Below, one piece after another: positions 50,379-59,427 of a stretch of 64,000 nucleotides of DNA. How positions within the stretch are numbered: the stretch's first letter is position 1; each line of letters starts with the position of its first letter. The notes under the pieces were generated by a model. It saw only the letters and a list, made by a program, of their open reading frames with translations. It ran no database searches and had not been told where the DNA came from. Both the position numbers and the translations under genes were made by a program. The stretch is from IMG/VR virus record IMGVR_UViG_3300032030_000005, positions 96,001 through 160,000 of that record, one strand, 5' to 3'. The stretch is from a virus (taxonomy: Duplodnaviria > Caudoviricetes).

Positions 50379-51718
50379 CTTGTGTGGACTATATTTTCAC
50401 TTACGTGCCTTCCGTTTGTGGGCTGTTGGATCACCCTTACTCTACTCCCTTCGTGTATGTATTTCAACTTACCTTATTCTCCATATAGAAGTTACATTTA
50501 TTATTTGGTTTCGATAGTCTCTGAACTCATATCCTATCATTATAGGATACTTCGCTGCATCGATTAAGCAAAAATTTAAGTCTTATAACCATACCTAAGT
50601 CTGTTAAACTTCGCCACTATATATATTACTACTATAGTTTGGTAACTTAAATCGTTTAGCTATTCCTGCAATTAGAAAGGTTTAATGACGGCCACACCGT
50701 TTCAAAAAGAATATTTCTTTAATATATCTTTAATAATATCTTCTAAATCATCATATTTTTTATATGATATTCTATATAAATCAATATTATTTTTATTTTT
50801 ACAATATTCATTTTTAATTTTATCTCTTATTTTTTGTTCTTGTAAGTCTTCTTGTGAGTATGGATTTCTTTCATGAAATTCTCCATCATATTCTATTAAA
50901 ATAATTTTTCCAGTATTACTTTCTATTTTAAAATCAAATTTTAAAGGTTGTTTATAAATACAGTCATTAAATATATAATTCTTTTTAAAAGGTATTTGTT
51001 CTTCTTTTAAAATATATGAAATTTTAGTTTCACCTTTAGATTGCCTACAATAAGGGCATCGATATCCTTGTTGAAAATCATTTGGTCTTACTAAATATTC
51101 TTTATTACAATTTTTATGTAATATTTTATGTTTAATTTTATTATTATTTTTATAATTTTCTAGCCATTTATATTCTATACCATCAATTGATTGATTTAAA
51201 AGATTTTCCAAATAATTTTCTTTTATTGCATATTTACCTCTATTTTTATTAGAACAATAAGGACATCTACTTTTTTTAGAATTTAAAAACATATTTGGAG
51301 AAACATTAAAAGTTTTATTACATATATTATGTTTAAGTAAACATTTATCTTTTGTATTTTTAAACCCAGAAATATAACTATACTCATTTTTTGTTTCTTT
51401 ATTCAATCTCTCTATAAATTCTGTTTCAGTAACTTTTTTAGTAGATTTATGAATAATATTTTTACAATTTTGACATCTAGATTTTCCTTCATTTAAAAAT
51501 CCTTTTAATTTACATTTATAAATATTTCCACAATTATGTTTTAAAGTTACTTCAGTTTTAATTCCTTCTGGAAAAATGTTTGTTAAACATTCATACTCAC
51601 CATTCTCAATATTTTTTACTCTATTTAATAATTCTTCGCTTGTATATTTCATAATAAACACCACCTAACTATAAATAATTTGTTAGATGGCGATTCCAAC
51701 ATTTCTTTTTAAATATTG
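50379..51718 (-). mobile_element. Group I intron in the catalytic DFDGD motif, with a homing endonuclease in loop L1
   Basis: Guide ACGGUGUGGCCGUCA (50700-50686) pairs with exon 1 UGACGGU and exon 2 ACACUGU. P AAUUGCAGGAA, Q GAUGCAGC, R GUUCAGAGACUA, S AAAAUAUAGUCC, terminal G at 50379. Confidence 0.9.
50702..51664 (-). CDS. Intron-encoded homing endonuclease (zinc-ribbon repeats plus Vsr/DUF559-like nuclease)
   Basis: Three KH..C...C..C repeats; SKGE...LKFDF...LIEYDGEFH...D.IKNEYC. Confidence 0.85.
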   Translation of the reverse strand: MVFIMKYTSEELLNRVKNIENGEYECLTNIFPEGIKTEVTLKHNCGNIYKCKLKGFLNEGKSRCQNCKNIIHKSTKKVTETEFIERLNKETKNEYSYISGFKNTKDKCLLKHNICNKTFNVSPNMFLNSKKSRCPYCSNKNRGKYAIKENYLENLLNQSIDGIEYKWLENYKNNNKIKHKILHKNCNKEYLVRPNDFQQGYRCPYCRQSKGETKISYILKEEQIPFKKNYIFNDCIYKQPLKFDFKIESNTGKIILIEYDGEFHERNPYSQEDLQEQKIRDKIKNEYCKNKNNIDLYRISYKKYDDLEDIIKDILKKYSF

Positions 51719-53080
51719 ACCGTCAAAATCCCCTCCCATAGCTTCAAGATAGAAGCTATTAACACGAACGGTATCTACAAAGAAATCATGATTACTATTT
51801 TTATTTTTATCAGGATAATCTTCTAATATTAAAGGATAATCTTCAAAATAATCATTTCCTAATGTCATTGTACATGTTTTCTGTGTTGATAATATCTTAA
51901 TTCTACTAGGATATATATTCTGGAAGTTAGCGATTGGATAACGAGTTACATATACATGTTTAGTTTTTACTACTTCACTAGCTACTATAAATAATAAATC
52001 TGTAATAGTGAAATTTCTATGTAATTCTTCTTGATATAAACCGAGATAATGAATAATTCCTTGGTCATCTTTGAAAGGAACTCTATCAAATCTAGATTCA
52101 TGGTTTTTAATATATGAATTACATAATTTTTTTATATGATCCTCATCAAAATTATCCATAAAATGATTAATTGTACAATTAAAGTTTTTTTCTACATCAT
52201 ATTTAAAATCATCTAATTTTCTTTCAAACCATGCTTGCATTTCATATATTATAAATGGTAAGAATAATACAATTACCTGTGATAAAGGGACACCAGTTTC
52301 TCTAAAGTTTACTTGTGTCTTCTTCCATGTAGGAGCTGTTACCATAGGACAAGAAATAACAGATCTTGTAGAATAGTCTATAGATTTACCTAATAAAGCT
52401 CTATGTATAAGACCTGTTTTCTTAGCTAACTGAGATGTGCAATAATCATATATTTGAACTAATAAATCCTGAATTAAAGAGTCATTTGTGTATGATAAGA
52501 AATTAAAGCTAAAATCATCAGTTGACTGACAATATCTAATAACCTTAGAATACATATCATTTATAGCGTCTACAGAATCAACTCTATCATTATTTTCAGT
52601 AGGCTGAAAGTCCCTAATAAACGGTGGTATTACTAAGAACTTATTAACGAATAAAATATCTTTAGGGGTCTTATTAAGTACTAATATTTTTTCATCTCTG
52701 GTAAATGAATCTGAACTCTTGAATCTAAACTTCTCCCAGTTATCATATAAGAATGATATACCTGTTTGTCCATTTTCATCTTCAATGATTTCACCTTTAC
52801 TATTAACAGAAAAATACTTAGTACCGTTTATGCAACCAGCTAATTTACGATTCATACTAATAAGAATCTTATATGTTAATGGATGTAAAAATCTTTTCTT
52901 TAAATCTATATAACCGAATATTTGTTTTCTATCTTCCGAACCCATTTGTCCAAATAATTCTATAGATAATAAGCCATCAGATGTTGGCTTATTACCAAAA
53001 TTAAAAAGTATAGCATTGGTAACTTCAGGACATTTATTTCTTTTAATGAATTCGTCCATATTTGTTAAATTAATATTCAT
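51719..53080 (-). CDS. Exon 1 of a phage RNAP beta'-like subunit (probably virion RNAP)
   Basis: DGLLSIELFG, FGYIDL, LVIPPFIRD, KTGLIH.ALLGKSIDYSTRSVIS, VTRYP, MGGDFDG. Spliced product is 505 aa; downstream of a late promoter. Confidence 0.88.
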
Positions 53081-53087
53081 ATAGATA

Positions 53088-53993
53088 TCACCTACCTATT
53101 TTTTCAAGAATATTATTTTTATCTGGTACAGCGTATCTGTTTAATTCTATAAATTTATTAATATCAATAGGATCATCTTTACCTGCTAAAATATCATTTA
53201 ATTTATAATAATCTTCTTCATATTTAAATTTATACTTCTTTACAAACTGTGCATAATCATTATAAGAAATTAAATTAGAATAATCTCCTTCTAATCTTGA
53301 AACATAGTTTCTATAAAATTTTTTAATATCCTGATCTGTTAATTTATAAATAAGAACGCCAGCACCTACTAATGTAGCACCAGTTGCTATTGGACCATAT
53401 TTAGGGCCTAAAGCATCTTTAATACCATTAGCAACTATTAATGAACCACCAAGCATTAACCCTTTAGAAGCTATATCTGCAAAATCTTCATTATAAGTAG
53501 TATTTAAAGGATGTTCACATAAAGGCTTTCTAGGTTTTCTCCAATTAGAAATACAACCTTTATTTTCATTCGTACATTTAACACCCTTATCAATCTTTTT
53601 ACCATTCTGATCTAAGATGGTAAAGTTATAATCTTCAGGATTATCACTACCGATAGAATCTGTATCAGCTGTTGATTTTAATCCCATATGATTACGATAT
53701 ATAGCATCAAAATCTACATCGCTTCTGTGATTTTTATTTACATTATTGTTATTAGTAAATATCTTCTTATTATATGTGTTTCTAACATCATCATCGTCTT
53801 TTTTATTATTTATTACAGATGCCGTCATTTTGTTATTATAATTATTATTGCTATCATTATAATCAGATACTCTCTTATTCTGATAATTTGCATTTTGAGT
53901 ATTATTTGTTAAATGACCATGCTTAGAACCTAAGATGATTTGCTTATTTTCTATGCCTTCCGGGAAGTCATCATATATCTTCTTATCTGCCAT
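53088..53993 (-). CDS. Hypothetical late protein with a low-complexity N-terminus and two hydrophobic helices
   Basis: AACA-N6-TA at 54021-54032; N-rich N-half; GLMLGGSLIVANGI and IATGATLVGAGVLIY. Confidence 0.6.
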   Translation of the reverse strand: MADKKIYDDFPEGIENKQIILGSKHGHLTNNTQNANYQNKRVSDYNDSNNNYNNKMTASVINNKKDDDDVRNTYNKKIFTNNNNVNKNHRSDVDFDAIYRNHMGLKSTADTDSIGSDNPEDYNFTILDQNGKKIDKGVKCTNENKGCISNWRKPRKPLCEHPLNTTYNEDFADIASKGLMLGGSLIVANGIKDALGPKYGPIATGATLVGAGVLIYKLTDQDIKKFYRNYVSRLEGDYSNLISYNDYAQFVKKYKFKYEEDYYKLNDILAGKDDPIDINKFIELNRYAVPDKNNILEKIGR

Positions 53994-54057
53994 ATTTAAT
54001 CATTCCTTTCTTAAAAAATATAAATGTTTGTTGAAGGATAAGATTTTTTAATAAAAT

Positions 54058-54330
54058 GAAAAAAAAAATATCCACCCTGCAGTGTGGATATTTAAAAACT
54101 CTCACTCTGCAGCGTGAGAGTTTTTACTTCTTCGGGATCATATAAAGCTCCTTTTCTACTCTCATCGTGGATCCCTACTTCATACACTTTGAGAATAAGG
54201 TTTTTCTTTTTACCAGGATTCGATATTTTATCGAACACAGAAAAACTCTCTAAAGACCTGGACAGTGCTAACTATTGAAGAATAACACACGCACTGTCTA
54301 ATATGTATTATTCTTCACGATTATAATATA
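54058..54330 (-). ncRNA. Candidate highly structured early ncRNA (pseudoknot, tandem CUGCAG-loop hairpins)
   Basis: TATATTAT at 54323-54330, no long ORF, several complementary blocks, ends in a hairpin plus U tract. Confidence 0.55.
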
Positions 54331-54356
54331 TATTTAATATTATAGTTTATTACGGT

Positions 54357-54977
54357 TTATTTATCATCATCGAATAATAATAGTAAACTAATCTCAGCTG
54401 CAGTAGCTTCATCAGTATCTATTTGTAAAGTTCTTGTAAATTTATTATAAGATACTTTACTATATTGTTTAATGATATTAACATCACCAACGCTATCATA
54501 TAAAGATATTTCAAAATAATTTTTTGAATTTCTGGACCAAGACCAACTATCTATTGTTGGTATCAACTTATCATAATTAGTATTATTCACAAATATATGA
54601 TTAATTGGTACTGAACAAAAGCAACAACTTAATAACTCTTTTAAAGTTACATCTATATCTACATATATAATTACTGATGATAGGGATGTATTTTTACATC
54701 CCATTGCAATTATCTCATCAAAGAATGAATTATTTCTTCGATTAAGATAAGGTAATATTAATGTATTTTGAGATGTAGATGGTATAAACGTATCAAGATC
54801 TTCTTCTATTTCAATTTTTTGATTATATAGTAAAATTATATTTAAATTAGCTATTATTTTTGTAATAATATTACCTTTTAATATTAAATCTCTATAAGAA
54901 TTATTATTCCTTTTAATAATATTGTTAAGGCCTATTAACTCATTCACATTCTTTATCTCATAAGTATTATTATTCAT
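54357..54977 (-). CDS. Hypothetical protein
   Basis: 206 aa; C-terminus resembles that of ORF 55537. Confidence 0.6.
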   Translation of the reverse strand: MNNNTYEIKNVNELIGLNNIIKRNNNSYRDLILKGNIITKIIANLNIILLYNQKIEIEEDLDTFIPSTSQNTLILPYLNRRNNSFFDEIIAMGCKNTSLSSVIIYVDIDVTLKELLSCCFCSVPINHIFVNNTNYDKLIPTIDSWSWSRNSKNYFEISLYDSVGDVNIIKQYSKVSYNKFTRTLQIDTDEATAAEISLLLLFDDDK

Positions 54978-54985
54978 ATGATCAC

Positions 54986-55537
54986 CTATAAATTAGCTTG
55001 AAGTAATAATAAGGCTTCAAATTTTTTACTTTCATTTTCAATATACAATGTTTTATCTTGAATGCTATAAGATACCAAACTACCTCTTGGTATGCAAATA
55101 TCTTTAAATTTTGTATGAGATAAAAGACTATATACTGATACAAAAGTAGATGTAGTTTCATGGATAATAGAATTATTAACCATAAATTTTCTCACTATCC
55201 CTTCAGCCGGTAATACTCTAACTATATCTTTACATGTTACAGCATCCATGTTTATAGTAAAAATTATTTTATTAAAGCTTTTATTACAGCAACGTATTCT
55301 TCCTATAGTTTGTTTATACGCATTTATATTTGTACTAGTTACAATAATTGAGAACGGAGCATATAAATTTTCAACAACTTTATCCTTAATCTTGATTATA
55401 GTTTTTGAGTCATATTTTTTACTAGTTAAATACTTATACATAACATATAAGTCACTAACACCTTCTATTAAGAAGGTGTTATTTGGACTTACTTCTAGAT
55501 TATAGAAAGTGTGAAATTTAATTTCTACATCATCCAT
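54986..55537 (-). CDS. Hypothetical protein
   Basis: 183 aa, in an early operon. Confidence 0.6.
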   Translation of the reverse strand: MDDVEIKFHTFYNLEVSPNNTFLIEGVSDLYVMYKYLTSKKYDSKTIIKIKDKVVENLYAPFSIIVTSTNINAYKQTIGRIRCCNKSFNKIIFTINMDAVTCKDIVRVLPAEGIVRKFMVNNSIIHETTSTFVSVYSLLSHTKFKDICIPRGSLVSYSIQDKTLYIENESKKFEALLLLQANL

Positions 55538-55710
55538 GTTTCATTATTCTCCTTGTCTTCTTTTGTAAGATCTATTTTTTCCTCTTTAGGATAAAGATAA
55601 GATCTTACCTCTTCGACCATATTTGTAATGGTAACTGCAATATAGATAGTTCCTATTACTGCGACCAATAACAACGCGATAAAGATTGCATTAATAAATG
55701 ACTGGTTCAT
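55525..55710 (-). CDS. Small membrane protein
   Basis: Transmembrane segment AIFIALLLVAVIGTIYIAV. Confidence 0.65.
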   Translation of the reverse strand: MNQSFINAIFIALLLVAVIGTIYIAVTITNMVEEVRSYLYPKEEKIDLTKEDKENNETWMM

Positions 55711-55823
55711 TTCCTAGACTTCCTTTCATTAATATAAATTGTATATACTTTAATACCAATTAATATGGTAAATAAAATATTCAATAATAAAATGATTAAT
55801 CCAATTGTTTTTAATATAGCCAT
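55707..55823 (-). CDS. Small membrane peptide (38 aa)
   Basis: AAGGAG SD after TATATTAT (55837-55844); MAILKTIGLIILLLNILFTILIGIKVYTIYINERKSRK; ATGA overlap with the next gene. Confidence 0.6.
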   Translation of the reverse strand: MAILKTIGLIILLLNILFTILIGIKVYTIYINERKSRK

Positions 55824-55886
55824 GATATACTCCTTTATAATATATAAATAAAACCCTTAAGAGACTTTATATCTCTTAATATATAT

Positions 55887-56834
55887 TTATAAAATTTTAT
55901 TTTCTATTAAAATATTTTTTATTTCATCTTCAATATTTTTAAATTTAGTATAAGGAATTCTATACAATTTAATATTATTTTCTTTACAATATGTATCTTT
56001 AACAAAATCTCTTTTATTCTGAATCATATCTTTATTATATAAGCATTCATGGAAATGTTGTTTCCCATCACATTCAATTAGTAAAAAAGAATTATCATAG
56101 TTTATCTTAAAATCAAATCTTAATAATTTAATATATTTACAATCATTAAAAATAGCATTATGTATAAAATCAATATTCAAAGACTTTAAATATTCAATTA
56201 CTCTTAATTCACTGTTAGAGATTCGTTTACTGCACATTGAACATCTGTATCCTTGTTGAAAATTATTAAATTTTATTTCAAAAATATTGCCACAAGTTTC
56301 ATGTAATATTTTAAGTTTGTCTTTATTACCATTGTAAACATCAGATATTAATTTATAACCATTAACAGATTCAATCATATTTTTTATATCATTTATATCA
56401 TACTTTTTATTATTAGAATATTCTCGTAAATTATTTATTTTACAAGTAGGACAACTCTTTAAACTTTTTATATTACTTGGTTTAATATCCCAAGTAGTAT
56501 TACATTTTAAATGCTTAATTTTTAATGGTGACTTACTATTATAAGTATCAGATATTATTTTGTATTCATTTTTACCAAATGTATCATCTAAATATTTTTG
56601 ATATTTTTCAATACTACCAGTTCTAGCACTACAATATGTACATTTTTCATCTCTTAATAAACCATGAAAACTTTTTTCAAATATAGTATTGCATTTTAAA
56701 TGTTTAATTTTAATTTTACTATGAGAATTTAAATTTTCATATTCTTCATTTGTTGTTAATACCAAATATTCATTTGGATATTTAGCTTCTAATTGCTTTA
56801 TATAAAAATCTAATGATTTTTTCATTTTAATCAT
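55887..56834 (-). CDS. Free-standing homing endonuclease (zinc-ribbon repeats plus Vsr/DUF559-like nuclease)
   Basis: KHLKC...C..C repeats; LRFDF...LIECDGKQH...D.VKDTYC...LYRIPY. Confidence 0.8.
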   Translation of the reverse strand: MIKMKKSLDFYIKQLEAKYPNEYLVLTTNEEYENLNSHSKIKIKHLKCNTIFEKSFHGLLRDEKCTYCSARTGSIEKYQKYLDDTFGKNEYKIISDTYNSKSPLKIKHLKCNTTWDIKPSNIKSLKSCPTCKINNLREYSNNKKYDINDIKNMIESVNGYKLISDVYNGNKDKLKILHETCGNIFEIKFNNFQQGYRCSMCSKRISNSELRVIEYLKSLNIDFIHNAIFNDCKYIKLLRFDFKINYDNSFLLIECDGKQHFHECLYNKDMIQNKRDFVKDTYCKENNIKLYRIPYTKFKNIEDEIKNILIENKIL

Positions 56835-56848
56835 TCCTTTGTTAAAAA

Positions 56849-56880
56849 AACCCTTAAGAGATATTGATCTCTTAAGGGTT
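56849..56880. terminator. CCCTTAAG-family hairpin after nrdD
   Basis: AACCCTTAAGAGAT...ATCTCTTAAGGGTT. Confidence 0.75.
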
Positions 56881-56886
56881 AATTTA

Positions 56887-59217
56887 TTAATAGTGAACTA
56901 CTCTGTTATCAATTTCTGTCTTTTTACCTTTATTAATAGGTCTTGAAGAAGCATCTGTCAAATAACCGCTAATTCTACGAATTACTTGCTGATATTTAGG
57001 ATCTGTGTTACCACAATTAGGACACTTATATCCATTATTTGTTGGTTGATGTTCTCCAACATATCCACATTTAAAGCAAGTATCTTCTTTAACATTTATA
57101 GACATATAAGGAACATTTGACTCATAGCAATAATCCCATAATGGTTCAAGAGCCATATAATTATCTTTAAGGCTATTACAATCAATCATACAGGTAATAC
57201 CGCCAGATGAATATTTTGAAAAATTACCTTCAAAATCAATTTTCTCAAATCCAGTAGCTTCTTGAGTTACATCTAAGTGAGAACTGTTAGTATACCAATT
57301 TTTATCAGTAATGCCTTCTATTTCACCAAATAAAGATCTATCATGTTCAAGAAATCTTCCAGCCAAGCTTTCAGATGGTGTACCATATACACTATATGCC
57401 CATGTTTCTTTCTCAGACCATGATTTAGTAGCACCATATAAAACTTTCATAATGTTTTTACCTTTTTCAATCATTTCCGGATTTTTAAACATTTTCTTTC
57501 CATATATAGCCAATATGGTTTCATGTAAACCAATAAAGCCTAATGAAACTGATGCTCTTTTATTAATAAAGGCTTTACCAACTTCTTCATCTGGGTGGAA
57601 GCTAAAACCTGTTGCACCATAAGCATTAACTGTTGAATCTCCATATAATGTTGGTGCAACTGTAGCTTTAACATGTACAAGACTTTCAGCTCTATATTTT
57701 AATCCTTCATGTGCTACATCTAATACTTCGTTAAGCTTTTCGAAGAAGTACTGTTCTCTACCCTTAACAGTTATAGAATGATTTTTAGCTTCTAAAGCTA
57801 TTTTAACTAAATTAACACTAATAACTCCCATATTATTTCTTCCATCATATACTTCTTTACCAGTTTCAGGATCTTTCCATATATGTAAGAAAGAACGACA
57901 ACCCATACAGGCTTTAAATCCAGATGATTTTTCAATATCTACTATCTTATGTTCTTTATCTTTATATTTTACTTCACCTTTTGCAACTTTACAAATATTT
58001 TCATAACAAAGAATATCTGGATACATTCTTTGTGAAGAGCATTTCATAGCTAAACATTTTATATCATAATTAGGATCATCTTTATAGAAGTTAATTCCTT
58101 TACATAATATAAATAATAATTTAGGGAATACTGGAGTTATTTTATTTTTACCCATACCATTAATACGCATTTCTAATATTGACTGCTGTATAAATCTAGA
58201 TGCCATTGAAGTTCCTAATCCAAAAGAAATTGATACAAATGGCGCTTGGCCGTTTGTTGTATATAATGAATTAATTTGATATTCTAAACATTGTATTCCA
58301 TCATATATATCTTTAGATATTCTTTTAAGGCATCTTTCAATAAATTTCTTTAAACCTTTTACATTTAATTCATCTTCAAGTTTATTATTAATCTTTTCAA
58401 TAGAATCAAGACCAGAGATATCAATCGGAAGTTTTTCGTCATATCTATCTTCAAACTTTTCTTCTACTATTTTAATATAACTCTTAATTACATAAGGTTC
58501 TAAACCCTCATCAAGACGATTTAATGTTTGACCTCCATACTGACTAGATGCTACAGCTTGTACTATCTGACTTAATAAAGTGCATGCAACACCAAATGAC
58601 TTAGGACTTTCTACAACTGCATTACCAATAATAAAATTATTTTTAAGCATTGTCTGATAATCAACAAGCATACAGTTATACATTTGGAATAAAGGCGAAT
58701 AGTCCAAGTCGTGCCAATGGATATAATTAAGATCCATATACTTTTGTACTCTAGCCGGTATTAAATAAATATCTTTAGTAATTTCTTTAGCTACTGTACC
58801 GGCAAGTAAGTCTCTCTGGACATAAAGCTTATCGGCTGCCTTATTTGCATTTTCAGCTATAATATCTGGATCAGTATAGTCTAACAGTCCATGAATCTTC
58901 TTAACAAGCTTTGAACTTCTCATTCGTGAAGCATCTCTTGCTCCTCTATAAGAAGTGTATTCTCTTGCAATATCTGTTGAATATGTCATTAAAACACTTT
59001 CAACAGTCTTTTCAATATCAGATATATCAATCTTATCTGTATAGTTAAGAGCAATAATATCTGTGACATCATTTGTTATTTCATAGACAATATCTAATTC
59101 ATCAATCTTATTGATTTTAGTCATTGCCTTGATAATTGCATTTGTGATTTTGTTTGGATCGAAATCTTCAATTCTTCCATCACGTTTAATTACTTTTAAA
59201 TTTTCCATATACAACAC
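56887..59217 (-). CDS. nrdD: Anaerobic (class III) ribonucleoside-triphosphate reductase with ATP cone
   Basis: VIKRDG cone, ENANK, IHWHDLDY, MYNC, SSQYGGQT, MGCRSFL, GRNNMGVISVNL, TPSESL, CxxC/CxxC and the glycyl-radical loop RRISGYL. Confidence 0.96.
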   Translation of the reverse strand: MLYMENLKVIKRDGRIEDFDPNKITNAIIKAMTKINKIDELDIVYEITNDVTDIIALNYTDKIDISDIEKTVESVLMTYSTDIAREYTSYRGARDASRMRSSKLVKKIHGLLDYTDPDIIAENANKAADKLYVQRDLLAGTVAKEITKDIYLIPARVQKYMDLNYIHWHDLDYSPLFQMYNCMLVDYQTMLKNNFIIGNAVVESPKSFGVACTLLSQIVQAVASSQYGGQTLNRLDEGLEPYVIKSYIKIVEEKFEDRYDEKLPIDISGLDSIEKINNKLEDELNVKGLKKFIERCLKRISKDIYDGIQCLEYQINSLYTTNGQAPFVSISFGLGTSMASRFIQQSILEMRINGMGKNKITPVFPKLLFILCKGINFYKDDPNYDIKCLAMKCSSQRMYPDILCYENICKVAKGEVKYKDKEHKIVDIEKSSGFKACMGCRSFLHIWKDPETGKEVYDGRNNMGVISVNLVKIALEAKNHSITVKGREQYFFEKLNEVLDVAHEGLKYRAESLVHVKATVAPTLYGDSTVNAYGATGFSFHPDEEVGKAFINKRASVSLGFIGLHETILAIYGKKMFKNPEMIEKGKNIMKVLYGATKSWSEKETWAYSVYGTPSESLAGRFLEHDRSLFGEIEGITDKNWYTNSSHLDVTQEATGFEKIDFEGNFSKYSSGGITCMIDCNSLKDNYMALEPLWDYCYESNVPYMSINVKEDTCFKCGYVGEHQPTNNGYKCPNCGNTDPKYQQVIRRISGYLTDASSRPINKGKKTEIDNRVVHY

Positions 59218-59427
59218 TCCTCTTGACTAATTTTAGGGATATATTCATGTTTCCATCCAAATTAATCAAAAATTCCGAGGTTGAACCTAGGAAAACTGAT
59301 GCCTTGAATATTCTATAAATATTCGCAATGTTTTTAATTTTTAATATAAATTTATTAAAACTCATTTTCATCACAAAATATTATAGAAATATCAAGACTA
59401 GTGAATTCCTAGGATTGACCTAAGAAT

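Noticed and set aside
50382-50567. ORFs 50382-50567 and 16858-17082
   Set aside because: They are antisense to group I intron sequence.
59186-59427. 62-aa ORF, NrdR box or riboswitch upstream of nrdD
   Set aside because: The ORF lacks a clear SD and overlaps nrdD. The NrdR-like 15-mer near 59372-59386 is single and mismatched at a conserved position. The hairpins match no riboswitch I recognise.
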